DNA of 64,000 nucleotides, taken from positions 5,088,001 to 5,152,000 of the forward strand of contig CAWAIF010000003.1 of assembly GCA_963782055.1 (NCBI GenBank), in the 5' to 3' direction. A program made the position numbers and the translations under genes. Of the stretch, positions 18,755-28,363 are shown piece after piece. This stretch comes from an uncultured delta proteobacterium (GTDB lineage Bacteria; Myxococcota_A; Polyangia; Polyangiales; Polyangiaceae). The notes under the pieces are model-generated. The model searched no databases. It saw only the letters and a program-made list of their open reading frames with translations, and was not told where the DNA came from. How positions within the stretch are numbered: the first letter of the stretch is position 1; the number at the start of each line of letters is the position of its first letter.

Positions 18755-19524
18755 CGGTAGGGACCCCGCCCCTGCCGCGCGATCCAGAGCGCCAGCACGT
18801 GCGCGTTCTCGTCCAGCGCGCGACTCGCCAGCTTGTCGCCCTGCGAGAGTCGCAGCCGGAGCAGCCGCTCGTCGTACGCGGCGTCCGGCGCGCGCCGCTG
18901 CAGCTCGCGCGCGGTCCGCATGAAGTTCTCCATCTGGCTGAGGGCGCGCTCGCCCTCGAGCCTCGGGTACTGCGCGCCGTGCTCCTCCAGCAACCACGGC
19001 GTCATGCCGCTCCGGCGAAAGAGGTACAGGAGCTGCTCGCGCTCGTCACGCGTGTGCACCACCTCCCGCGTCGTCTTCTTGGTCATCACCAGCCCGCCGG
19101 TGGCGAGCGCCGTCCCGATGCGGAGCTTGCGCTCCTCGATCTTCTCCACCGAGCGCGTGCGCGTGTTGCGGGTCGCGCGCAGCACGGCGAGGATGTCGTC
19201 GTAGGGCAGCTCGGCGGCGGGCTCCCCTCGCCACGCGTGACGGACCAGGGCGCTCTCGCCCAGCGCGAAGGAGCCCAGCGTCGTCATCCGCTCCTGCGTC
19301 ACCACGGCGTCCGCGTCGCAGGCCACCGCGTCGTGCCTGCGGCCGCGCAGCCGCGCCAGCAGCTCGGTCGCCTGCTCCTTGTCCCGCGCGCGCAGCACGA
19401 TGGCGGGCAGCACGCCGGCCAGGAGCATCCGCGCCTCGTAGCCGGTCATCCCGAGGTCCGCGCCGAGCTTCGGCGCCTCCTCCTCCAGCGACGTCGCCAG
19501 CGTCGCGACGGCGACGAGATACAT
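18751..19524 (-). CDS. Hypothetical protein translationally coupled to the kinase
   Basis: ATG 19524 with TATGAT 6 nt upstream; stop overlaps kinase ATG (ATGA); ends in GPYR. Confidence 0.75.
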
Positions 19525-19744
19525 CCCCCGATCATACCCGACCGGGCCGACGGAGGTCCCGCGCTTGCGAGGGCCGAGGGCCCGGAGGCGCAAAGCGGCA
19601 GGAGCGATCCTGGGCCTCGAGCGGGCGACGCCGAATCGTGCACGCCGATCGCGATTGTTGGTACAGTAGCGGCCTCTGGCGCCGATGCCGTCTCGGCAGG
19701 CGGCTGGGGACCCTTACGGAGGGGGGTTGGCCTCCGGGCACGGC

Positions 19745-21538
19745 ATGCAGAAGCTCGACTTCTTCAAGCTCCCTCGGGACAAGCAAGAGCGCTTCCTGGC
19801 CAGCGCCAAGGGGAGCGCGCCGCCGGCACCCATCGTCCAGCTCCGCGGGGACGGCGGCAAGGCGCGCAACGGCGCCATCGCCGCCGGCGTCTCGGTCCTC
19901 CTGCTCCTCGTGCTCTTCGTCATCGGCTTCGGCGTGCTCGGGGGCAAGCTCGCGGTGCAGGGTCCGGCGTGGCTCGCCGCCTACTTCGTGCTCGCCTTCC
20001 TGGTCCCGTACGGCGTGCTGCGCGTGCTCGGCTCCCGGAGCGAGCGCAAGACGCTCCCCTACCAGCCCGGCATCTACGTCTTCCCCATGTGCCTGGTGGA
20101 CGCGCGCACCAAGGACCTGCGCGTCGTGCCCATGGCCAACCTCTCGCGCGTCGAGAACGCGACCGCCGGCGGCGCGCTGCGCCTCTCCTTCAAGGGCGCC
20201 GGCACCTACGCCTTCCCCGCCGGCGACAAGCACGACGCCGACCAGAAGAACTACCAGATCGACCTCGCCCAGAAGCAGGTCAAGCACGCCACCCAGAACC
20301 AGGACGACGCCGAGCTCACCACGCTCGACCCCTTCTACGAGTCGCGCAAGAGCTGGACGAGTCCCATCGGCCCGAAGCAGGCGCTGGTGGACCGCGCGCC
20401 CATCACCAAGCGCTTCGACTGGGCGTTCGCCCTGGTGATCGCGGTGGTGCTGGCGCCGACGCTGTGGCTGACGCGCAACACCCTCTCCGACAACTCCATG
20501 CTGCGCAAGGCCACCGCGGCGAACACGCCGGACGCCTACCGCGCGTACCTGGACGTCGGGAAGAAGCACACGGGCGAGGTCTCCGGCGTGCTCCTGCCGC
20601 GGGCCGAGCTGGCCGACGCCAAGGCCAAGGGCACGGTGGAGGCGATCTCCGACTTCATCGCCTCCCACCCCAAGTCGGCCATCGACGCCGAGGCGCAGGC
20701 CGCCCTCCACGACGCGCTGGTGACCGAGCTGGACAAGGCGGCCAAGAAGGGCTCGCTCGCCGCGCTGGAGGCGTTCGCCAGGAAGTACCCCGACAGCCAC
20801 CTGCAGGCGCAGATCGCCAAGGACCGCCACGCCCTGTACGACGCGGCGCTGGCGCGGTTCCGCAAGCAAGCATCCACGCGCGATACGCCCGAGCTCGTGG
20901 ATTTCGCCAGGCGCCTCTGCGCCTACCTGGAGGCGCACGGGACCGCCATCACCGTGGCGCTGCACCGGGAGGTCTCCCCCGCGGTGGCGCAGGCGGACAA
21001 GCTCATCGGCCGCGCGCCCACCAACCGCCGCTTCGGCCCGCACCAGGTCACGCAGTACCTGGAGACCGATCCCAAGCAGGCCGACGACGCCGCGGCCGTG
21101 AAGAACGCCGTGGCGAGCGCGCTCGCGCCCATCTTCGCGCCGGACCTGGCCACCTTCACCGTGGTGCCGGAGGCCGACGACGCCGCGGCCGCCGCCCTCG
21201 CCGCGAAGACACCGCTGCTGCGCGTGAGCTACCGCTTCGGGTGGCTGGGCGTCGCCTACGGGAGCGCCTCGCTCAAGCGCGCCTTCGCCGGCATCCACAC
21301 CAGCGGCGAGGCGGTCTTCAGCCTGCCCGGTGACGCCAAGCCGCTGCGCATGAAGCTGGAGGTCCCCTCCCCCCGCACGCTGCTGCTCGAGTACAGCTCG
21401 GTCCACCCGGGCCTGAGCTCGGAGGGCCCGCCCGACGAGGACAAGCCGGAGCCTCGCGTCTACCGGGCGACGGAGCTGCACGCCCTCGACCGGATCACCA
21501 CGACCGTGGTGACCTCGCTGGTCAGGCCGCTGAAGTGA
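19745..21538 (+). CDS. Hypothetical membrane protein (3 TM, large C-terminal domain)
   Basis: Strong GC3 bias; three hydrophobic segments; repeats of the AY..YL / F...YP.S type. Confidence 0.8.
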   Translation: MQKLDFFKLPRDKQERFLASAKGSAPPAPIVQLRGDGGKARNGAIAAGVSVLLLLVLFVIGFGVLGGKLAVQGPAWLAAYFVLAFLVPYGVLRVLGSRSERKTLPYQPGIYVFPMCLVDARTKDLRVVPMANLSRVENATAGGALRLSFKGAGTYAFPAGDKHDADQKNYQIDLAQKQVKHATQNQDDAELTTLDPFYESRKSWTSPIGPKQALVDRAPITKRFDWAFALVIAVVLAPTLWLTRNTLSDNSMLRKATAANTPDAYRAYLDVGKKHTGEVSGVLLPRAELADAKAKGTVEAISDFIASHPKSAIDAEAQAALHDALVTELDKAAKKGSLAALEAFARKYPDSHLQAQIAKDRHALYDAALARFRKQASTRDTPELVDFARRLCAYLEAHGTAITVALHREVSPAVAQADKLIGRAPTNRRFGPHQVTQYLETDPKQADDAAAVKNAVASALAPIFAPDLATFTVVPEADDAAAAALAAKTPLLRVSYRFGWLGVAYGSASLKRAFAGIHTSGEAVFSLPGDAKPLRMKLEVPSPRTLLLEYSSVHPGLSSEGPPDEDKPEPRVYRATELHALDRITTTVVTSLVRPLK

Positions 21539-21596
21539 GACGACACCCCCAAAATAGCGGCACGGGGAACGCGGCAGAGTGATATACGGCGTAAGT

Positions 21597-23234
21597 ATGC
21601 GGCGAGCAGCCTGGGCAGCCCTCTTCGCGGCGCTGTGGCCGTGCGTGGCCCAGGCGCAGGAGCCGTGGACCGACCAGGACCCCAAGACGCCGCCGGTCCA
21701 CTACACCCGGGGCGACTTCGGCATCCGCACCGGCGCCGAGTATCGCGCGCAGTGGCTCTACGTCCACGCGCTCTCGCTCAACACCGAGAGCGCGCGCAAC
21801 CTGAGCGTCATCCAGAACCGTCTGCGGCTCGACCTCACCGGCGACTTCCGCGACAAGGTCCGCATCGTCGGGTCCGCCGACGTGCTCGACGGCGATCTCT
21901 GGGGGGACAACGGCACCTACGGCGGCACGCCTTCGTCCAACTCCGGCGCCAACGTCAACGCCAAGAACCCCAACAACACCGCGCCCTGCACGCAGCTCCG
22001 CTTCCCGCAGCTCGATCCGCTCGACCCCCAGTCGTACGGCGTCGGCCTCTGCCCGCTGTCGATCATGAACGTGCGCCGCCTCTACGGCGAGGTGGTCCTG
22101 CCCTTCGGCCTGATCCGCGTCGGCCGGCAGGCGGTGATCCAGGGCATGGGCGTGCAGAGCACCGACGGCGACGGCCGCCACAACCGCTTCGGCATCGCGG
22201 GGAGCGGCAACTACGTCGACCGCATCGCCTTCGCCACCAAGCCGCTGGAGGCCTTCAAGCCGAAGGGCAAGCGCGACACCTCGGCGAAGCGCGGGCTCAT
22301 CACCGGCATCGCCTACGACCGGCTGGTCAGCGACAGCCCGCAGGCCTTCGGCGACGACGTCCACCAGATGGGCGGCGTCATCCGCTACCTGCGGCCGCAG
22401 ATGGGCCCCATCCACGACGCGTACTTCAACCTCTATTACATTCACCGCTGGGACCCCCTCTCCGACGTCAACGGCGCCGGGCTGCGCATCTACGCCAAGG
22501 CGGGCGACTTCTCCGCCGGCTTCGACGCCGCGATGAACTTCGGCACCACGCGCGAGGTGTCGGAGGCCTACCAGAAGATCACCAACGACCCGGTGGTGGA
22601 CCAGACCGTCCTGCAGGGCGGCGCGCGCGTGGTGGCGCGCTACGACCGCCCCCGGTGGACGGCGTACCTGGAGGGCGACTACGCCTCGGGCAGCGACAAC
22701 CCGCTGGCGCGCGCGACGCTCTCGCAGTTCACCTGGTCGCCCGACTCCAACGTGGGCCTGCTGCTCTTCAAGCAGACCCTCGCCCTGCAGACGGCGCGCT
22801 CCTCCGCGGCGGCGACCGAGCTGCTGCGCCGGCTGGGCGCCACCACCTTCCCCACCGAGGCCATCGCGACCTACGGCGCGGTCACCAACGCCATGGTCCT
22901 CTTCCCCCAGGCGGACTTCCGCCCGGTGCCCGACTTCCTCATCCGCCCCGGCGTCATGTTCGCGTGGACCGCGGTGCCGCTGATCGATCCGGTGCAGTCG
23001 CTGCAGAACCGCAAGAGCGTGGACATCAAGGACGACCTGGTGAACTTCGCCGGCGGCAAGCCCGGACGCTACTACGGCACCGAGCTCGACCTGCGACTGG
23101 AGTACCGCTACCTCGAGCACTTCATCCTGGACGTGGAGGGCGCCGTGCTCTTCCCCGGCGACGCGCTACAGAACGTGGACGGCTACGCCGTCACCAGCAC
23201 GCTGCTGCAGACGCGCGCGACCTTCTTCCTGTGA
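21597..23234 (+). CDS. Putative outer-membrane beta-barrel (alginate-export/TIGR04551-like)
   Basis: Signal peptide AQA|Q; amphipathic strands (RLRLDL, VRRLYGEV...IRVGRQ, YGTELDL); aromatic C-terminus RATFFL. Confidence 0.75.
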   Translation: MRRAAWAALFAALWPCVAQAQEPWTDQDPKTPPVHYTRGDFGIRTGAEYRAQWLYVHALSLNTESARNLSVIQNRLRLDLTGDFRDKVRIVGSADVLDGDLWGDNGTYGGTPSSNSGANVNAKNPNNTAPCTQLRFPQLDPLDPQSYGVGLCPLSIMNVRRLYGEVVLPFGLIRVGRQAVIQGMGVQSTDGDGRHNRFGIAGSGNYVDRIAFATKPLEAFKPKGKRDTSAKRGLITGIAYDRLVSDSPQAFGDDVHQMGGVIRYLRPQMGPIHDAYFNLYYIHRWDPLSDVNGAGLRIYAKAGDFSAGFDAAMNFGTTREVSEAYQKITNDPVVDQTVLQGGARVVARYDRPRWTAYLEGDYASGSDNPLARATLSQFTWSPDSNVGLLLFKQTLALQTARSSAAATELLRRLGATTFPTEAIATYGAVTNAMVLFPQADFRPVPDFLIRPGVMFAWTAVPLIDPVQSLQNRKSVDIKDDLVNFAGGKPGRYYGTELDLRLEYRYLEHFILDVEGAVLFPGDALQNVDGYAVTSTLLQTRATFFL

Positions 23235-23239
23235 CCGCC

Positions 23240-24298
23240 ATGAACCGCGCCGCCCTCGCCATCGCCCTCGCCGCCTCCGCCGTCGTGATCGCGCCGGCGT
23301 GCGAGGTGTACCGCGCGCCGCCGGAGCCGAGCCTGCCGCAGGCGAACAGCGATCTGCTCAGCGACCCCGCCGCGCCGGTGGTGGTGGCCTTCTCCAAGCC
23401 CATCGACCCGGACTCGCTCGACCTGAAGATCGCCCGCGACATCGTCGACGATCACGGGCGCCTGGCGGACGAGGCGGACCCGGCGGGCGGCGAGCTCTCC
23501 CTGCTCTTCACCCACGACAGGTACGACGGCGACCGGATGGGCACGAGCGAGCTGTCCGCGGACGGGATGACGCTGACCATCCACCCGTCGGCGCCCTTGC
23601 CGATCAACCCGCGGCTGGTGCTCATCGCCGAGCCGGGCCTGAAGGACCGCGACACCGGCGCCGTCACCGTGGCGAGGCGCAAGATCGTCTTCGGCTACCA
23701 GCTCAATCTCACGTGCTCCAAGCCCTCCACCGTGCTGCCGGAGGACGGGAGCTACTTCTTCATCATCAACGTGACGCAGCCGCTGGGAACGCAGGTGCGC
23801 CTCTTCGCCAAGATCCACGTGGACCCCACCGGGAAGTTCACCAGCGAGTTCATCCACGCGGTGCGCAACCCCGATCCCAGCCGCTGCAGCCCGCCGTGCG
23901 CGACGACGGATGCGTGCCGCACGCTGCCCGGCCCGCCCAAGTGCGTCGCGCCGTCGGAGCGCTCCGACAGCGACGACGAGTACCCCGACCTGATCGTGGA
24001 CCAGAACCCGGCGACGGTCTTCTCCTTCGTCGCGGAGGGGTGCGTGGTGGACCAGCCCGACGGCACCGCGCAGTTCGTCAACCTGCCCATCGACGTCTTC
24101 GTCAGCAGCCCGGCGGTCACCCTGCGCAACACGCGGCTGACCGCGACGTTCCAGAAGGACGATCAGGGCGTGCTGCGCGGGTCCGGCGCGCTGAGCGCGG
24201 ACGACGTCGCGCTGGGGTCCATCTCCAGCGGCAAGGGCGCCGGCGAGCTGGAGGGGCGGCAGGTGCCGGACGATCCCAACATCCCCAACCCGCCGTGA
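23240..24298 (+). CDS. Lipoprotein with Ig-like (SbsA/Big_5-like) domain
   Basis: Signal ending IAPAC; VVVAFSKPIDPDSL, DGMTLTIHPSAPL; Cys knot CSPPC..AC..KC; 5 nt after the barrel gene. Confidence 0.75.
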   Translation: MNRAALAIALAASAVVIAPACEVYRAPPEPSLPQANSDLLSDPAAPVVVAFSKPIDPDSLDLKIARDIVDDHGRLADEADPAGGELSLLFTHDRYDGDRMGTSELSADGMTLTIHPSAPLPINPRLVLIAEPGLKDRDTGAVTVARRKIVFGYQLNLTCSKPSTVLPEDGSYFFIINVTQPLGTQVRLFAKIHVDPTGKFTSEFIHAVRNPDPSRCSPPCATTDACRTLPGPPKCVAPSERSDSDDEYPDLIVDQNPATVFSFVAEGCVVDQPDGTAQFVNLPIDVFVSSPAVTLRNTRLTATFQKDDQGVLRGSGALSADDVALGSISSGKGAGELEGRQVPDDPNIPNPP

Positions 24299-24384
24299 TG
24301 TCATCCTCGCGCCGCCGCGGGCGCGCCGCCCTCTCCCTCACGCGGGCGCGCCCCCTCTCCCTAAGGGCTTCGGCTTCACCGGCA

Positions 24385-24566
24385 TCGCCTTCTGGCGCGA
24401 TCAGACTGGTGCGCGTCCCGCAGGAGGCACCGGCGCCGATCGCGTGACGGCGACTACCAGCAGGGATCGGGTAGCAGCACGCGTCAGAAGAGCCACGAGC
24501 CCATGATCTCCCCGTGATGCCGTTGGAGGAGTAGTTTCGCGCGTCTCCAGTGCAGACGGCGCGCAA
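24385..24566 (-). repeat. Degenerate copy of 24811-25000 (3' end of Asp-box gene plus 5' end of small lipoprotein gene)
   Basis: Shared blocks gcgtcagaagagccacgag, ccatgatctccccgtg, gaggagtagtt, tgcgcgtcccgcaggaggca, ggcgcgatcag; carries frameshifting indels. Confidence 0.85.
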
Positions 24567-24929
24567 TCAGGGATGGCAGGACCCAGGATCGTAGGGCTCG
24601 TCCTCCACCCCGCAGACCGGGCAGATACCGAAACGCAACCCGCGTCCCGCGCAGTTGTAGCAGTCGTCCGTCAGATCGGCACCTGGACAGCATATGCTCA
24701 GGTTTTCTCGATGCTCGTAGTGGATGGAGCACTGCCAGCCTGGGGGGCACCTGCGCAGGCCGCCCGCGTCGCGATAGGCGAGCTGGCACACCACCCCGCC
24801 CCCGTCGACGTCGACCTCCGGCGCGATCAGCCCGCTGCGCGTCCCGCAGGAGGCAACGGCGCCAACCCCGCAGGCACCAACGGCGACTGCCACGAGCGAT
24901 CTCGCGGCGGACCGCGTCAGAAGAGCCAC
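24567..24929 (-). CDS. Small Cys-rich lipoprotein (~120 aa)
   Basis: GTG inside the end of the upstream gene; hydrophobic signal ending AVASC; about ten further Cys (CPPGWQC, CC, CYNC, CPVC). Confidence 0.65.
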   Translation of the reverse strand: MALLTRSAARSLVAVAVGACGVGAVASCGTRSGLIAPEVDVDGGGVVCQLAYRDAGGLRRCPPGWQCSIHYEHRENLSICCPGADLTDDCYNCAGRGLRFGICPVCGVEDEPYDPGSCHP

Positions 24930-26641
24930 GAGGCCATGATCTCCCCGTGGTTGCCGTTCGAGGAGTAGTTGCGCGTGTCCCCGGCCCACACCGCGAGGAA
25001 CCTGGCGCCGGCGTAGTCGGCCGCGAGCTGCTGGTAGTCCCACGTCAGCGTGGGGCCGGTCTTGGCCGTCTCGTCCATGTAGTTGGGGTCGCCGAAGGGC
25101 AGCGTGGCCGTCCACGGCACCGTCTCCATGGCGTTGCGCGGCATCCCCACCGCGATGGGTGACGTGAACACGTTGTTGTTCTCCGAGTACGCCATGTAGA
25201 CATTGGCGAGCTGGTTGCCGGGGTCGTCGCGCGTACCGTACCACTGGACCGCCACGCGCCTCGTCGTCCCGTCGTTGCCGAAGGCGATGGAAGGCATCCA
25301 CTCGTCGTGGACCTGCCCGTCCGGCGGCTTCGACGGCTCCCACGAGCCCGCGAACCGGAGCGTGACCGGGTCCTGTCCGCCACCGCCGCCACCTCCCGCG
25401 CAGACGAGATTTTGCCAGACCACCTGCGGCGTCGTACCGAACGAGGAAGCTACCGCGTGGGTGATCCAGACCCTGTTCGCCGTAGGGTCCGACGTGATGA
25501 ACGGTACGTTCGAGGAGTCCTTGGTCCGCAGGGCCGTGATGCAGGTCGGGAAGCCGAACTCCTGCGCGACGAGCCTGTCGTTCACGACCCACGTGTCCGC
25601 GTAGACGTCGTAGACCGAGAGGTACAGGTTGTAGTCGGCGGTGACCGGGTACTCCCCGTCCTGCGCGCAGCGCCCGCCGTCGTACTGCGGGGGCGGCGTC
25701 TGCGCAGCGCGGCGCACGATCACCGCCACGCCCTCGCCGCCGGAGGTGCACCCGGCGGGCAAGGTCACGAAGCTGAGGTGCGGCTCCTGCGGCCCGTTGG
25801 TCCACGAGCGGGCGTTCGGAACGGCGCGGTAGGGCTGCTCGTTGTGCAGATTCCCGACCCCGTCGAACCAGATCTGGTGGAGCCACACCGCGTCGTGCTT
25901 TTCGTCTTCCCACGTCACGAAGGTGTCGCCGAGGCCAGCCTGTCCGATCGGGTTGGAGGCCGCGAAGGGGAGATCGACTACCTTGCCGCTCGCGAGGTCC
26001 GTCCCGCCCGTCGCGCCATCGTTGACGTACGACAGGTCACCCCATGTCTGCCCGCCGTCCCGCGTCAGCGCCGCCACCACGTCGCCCACATATGCCGAGA
26101 GAGAGACGAGGATGGCGCGGGCGCCTGGCGGATCCGTACCGTTGTTCCGGAGGTCGGTCACGGGTGCGAGCGAGACATCGCCTCCGAGGCCCACGAAGGC
26201 GCCGCCACCCGTGGGGGAGTCGCCAGGGTCGCCGAAGGTCGTGCCATCGGCCTCGTGAGGGTAGAAGGCAGGGACGTTCTGCCCGCTGGGGAGTCCCACG
26301 CCTGTGTCGGAGTAGGACGAGCCTATCTTCATCGCCGACCCGCCGGAGACCGAGTGCACTGGCCCGTTCCACGCGACCAGCCAGGACCGGACATCGTGGC
26401 CAGAGGCGGCGTAGTCGAGGTGGATGGCCGTCGTCTCGTGGCGGTCCGGGTAGTCGACGCCGCTCGTGGGGTCCATGGAGACCTCCTCGTTGTAACCCGC
26501 CTGCAGCGCCTGCGTCGAGATCCCGAGCGGCTCCGGCGCATAGCTGCTGCAGCCGGTGCCTGCGACGACGACCGCCAGGCACGTCGTCAAGAGTCCGTGA
26601 TGCTTACCCCCCCCCCGAGATCTCCGTCCATCATGGCCCAC
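24917..26641 (-). CDS. Asp-box (BNR) beta-propeller-like lipoprotein; start ambiguous because of a G10 tract
   Basis: Signal LAVVVAGTGC; Asp-box-like LTRDGGQTW and YSENNNVF; C-terminal WDYQQL...VWAGDTR. Confidence 0.7.
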   Translation of the reverse strand: MGHDGRRSRGGGKHHGLLTTCLAVVVAGTGCSSYAPEPLGISTQALQAGYNEEVSMDPTSGVDYPDRHETTAIHLDYAASGHDVRSWLVAWNGPVHSVSGGSAMKIGSSYSDTGVGLPSGQNVPAFYPHEADGTTFGDPGDSPTGGGAFVGLGGDVSLAPVTDLRNNGTDPPGARAILVSLSAYVGDVVAALTRDGGQTWGDLSYVNDGATGGTDLASGKVVDLPFAASNPIGQAGLGDTFVTWEDEKHDAVWLHQIWFDGVGNLHNEQPYRAVPNARSWTNGPQEPHLSFVTLPAGCTSGGEGVAVIVRRAAQTPPPQYDGGRCAQDGEYPVTADYNLYLSVYDVYADTWVVNDRLVAQEFGFPTCITALRTKDSSNVPFITSDPTANRVWITHAVASSFGTTPQVVWQNLVCAGGGGGGGQDPVTLRFAGSWEPSKPPDGQVHDEWMPSIAFGNDGTTRRVAVQWYGTRDDPGNQLANVYMAYSENNNVFTSPIAVGMPRNAMETVPWTATLPFGDPNYMDETAKTGPTLTWDYQQLAADYAGARFLAVWAGDTRNYSSNGNHGEIMASWLF

Positions 26642-26764
26642 CTCCTGCCCGTACGCACGAGCGTGAGATCGAAGTCACCACAAGGCGGAGCGGTGCGCAA
26701 GCGGAATGCACACTTGTCAAAACGATGGAGCTAATCAGAAGTCGTTCGACGCGTTCCGCTCACT

Positions 26765-27592
26765 TCACACCCCGCTCCACCCGACACGGCCCGTCGCCGT
26801 GGCTCGGACGGCGTCGCCGAAGGTGCGGACCTGCGCGAGGCGCTCCGCGTCCAGCGGTCCCGCCGCGACGCCCGCGGCGTCCTTCGCCAGCTCCTCGTAG
26901 CTGCGCGGCCCGCACAAAACGACATCCACGTTCGGGTTGGAGAGCGGGAAGCGGTAGCACTCCTCCGGCGTCATCGGCCCGAGCCCGCCCACCGGCGCCA
27001 GCAGCTTGCCCCAGCGCGTCGCGGTGTAGGCGACGATCGCCGGCCGCTTCTCGGGCAGCGTCGCGAAGATCTCCCGCTCCGCCCCGCGGTGCGCGGCGTT
27101 GTAGCGGATCATCAAGAGGTCCACGCCGATCTCGTCGACCAGGCTGCGCGCCATCACCCGGTCGTGGATGGACATGCCGAGGAGCTTCACCTGCCCCTCC
27201 TCCTTCAGCTTGCGCATGGCCGGCCACGTGTTGCCGGTGACGTACCAGTGGTACTGCACCCAGAGGAGCTGGAAGACATCGAGGTGATCGGTGCCCAGCG
27301 CCTTGCACGCCTTCTGGAAGGCGCCGCGGACGCCGAAGCCGGTGGGGACGTTGGCGCCGCAGGCGAGGACGATCTCGTCGCGGTGGCCGGCCTCGATGAG
27401 GCGGCGCAGGCCCTCCACCATCCCGGTCATGCGGGGGGTCACGAAGAAGTAGTTGATGCCCAGCTCGTGGAAGGCGCGCTCGACACCGTCGGCGTCGATG
27501 CCATAGGAGCCCGCGAGGCCGAGGGGGGCGATCTGCGCGGAGGTACCGGGGAGCGGACGATGGGGGAGGTTCACGGGGGGGAAGGTTGCCAT
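26765..27592 (-). CDS. Aldo/keto reductase
   Basis: LGLAG, GINYF, ALGTDHLDVFQL, LKEEGQVKLLGMSIH, RYN, PNVDVVLCG. Confidence 0.88.
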   Translation of the reverse strand: MATFPPVNLPHRPLPGTSAQIAPLGLAGSYGIDADGVERAFHELGINYFFVTPRMTGMVEGLRRLIEAGHRDEIVLACGANVPTGFGVRGAFQKACKALGTDHLDVFQLLWVQYHWYVTGNTWPAMRKLKEEGQVKLLGMSIHDRVMARSLVDEIGVDLLMIRYNAAHRGAEREIFATLPEKRPAIVAYTATRWGKLLAPVGGLGPMTPEECYRFPLSNPNVDVVLCGPRSYEELAKDAAGVAAGPLDAERLAQVRTFGDAVRATATGRVGWSGV

Positions 27593-27683
27593 CGGGGGGA
27601 GCAGGTGCCGTTAAGAATTGTTGAGGCGCGGGCGTCGCTGGAGGGGCTTCATTTCCGGCAGGTTTGGACTACCTTGCGCGGCC

Positions 27684-28208
27684 ATGGATCTCCGCGCTGA
27701 CGCCCACATTCCCTTTCCTCGGCCCGTCGTGTTCGCCGCCTACCGCGACAAGCTCACCGACATGCTGGAGTACCTGCCCAACGTCCGGAAGATCGAGGTC
27801 CGCAAGCGAGAGGACGACGGCAAGGTCTCCAAGCTGCTGAACATGTGGCACGGGGGTGGGGACATCCCGGCGGCGGCGCGCGCCTTCGTCAGCGAGGCGA
27901 TGCTCTCCTGGCTGGACTACGCCACCTGGGACGAGGACGCGTTCACCTGCGAGTGGCGCATCGAGCCGCAGGCCTTCACCGAGGCGATCACCTGCGTCGG
28001 GAAGAACCGCTTCCTGGAAGAAGACGGCAAGACGCTGCTGGAGATCCGCGGCGAGATCTCCATCGACCCGAAGAAGCTGAAGGGCGTCCCCGGCTTCCTG
28101 GGCAACAAGGTGGCCAAGGCGGTGGAGGAGCTGCTCGTCTCCAAGATCAAGCCGAACCTGGTGAGCACCGCCGACGGCCTGACGAAGTACCTGCAAGCGA
28201 ACGCGTGA
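27684..28208 (+). CDS. SRPBCC/START-like protein
   Basis: IPFPRPVVFAAYRD..YLPNV start and C-terminal amphipathic helix typical of helix-grip fold. Confidence 0.7.
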   Translation: MDLRADAHIPFPRPVVFAAYRDKLTDMLEYLPNVRKIEVRKREDDGKVSKLLNMWHGGGDIPAAARAFVSEAMLSWLDYATWDEDAFTCEWRIEPQAFTEAITCVGKNRFLEEDGKTLLEIRGEISIDPKKLKGVPGFLGNKVAKAVEELLVSKIKPNLVSTADGLTKYLQANA

Positions 28209-28336
28209 CGCCGTCGCGAACCTGACCGGCTCCCTCGCGCGCGCGACTCGCGCGCGGTCACGTCCGGCTCGCGACCGCCCGCGGGTGGTGCCCCGGCGCA
28301 CCACGCGAATTCTCGCGGGATCTCGGCTCCGGCCGG

Positions 28337-28352
28337 GGGCATGGGCCTTGCT
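28337..28352 (+). promoter_or_regulatory. Putative sigma54 promoter
   Basis: GGGCATgggccTTGCT, GG-N10-GC; predicted +1 falls about at the ATG 28364. Confidence 0.45.
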
Positions 28353-28363
28353 GAAGGGACGGC

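Noticed and set aside
24385..25000. Diversity-generating retroelement TR/VR pair
   Set aside because: Differences are not adenine-specific, include indels, and no reverse transcriptase is in the window.
26714..26721. TTGACA (-35 box) on the minus strand upstream of the Asp-box gene
   Set aside because: No recognisable -10 box at 16-18 nt spacing.
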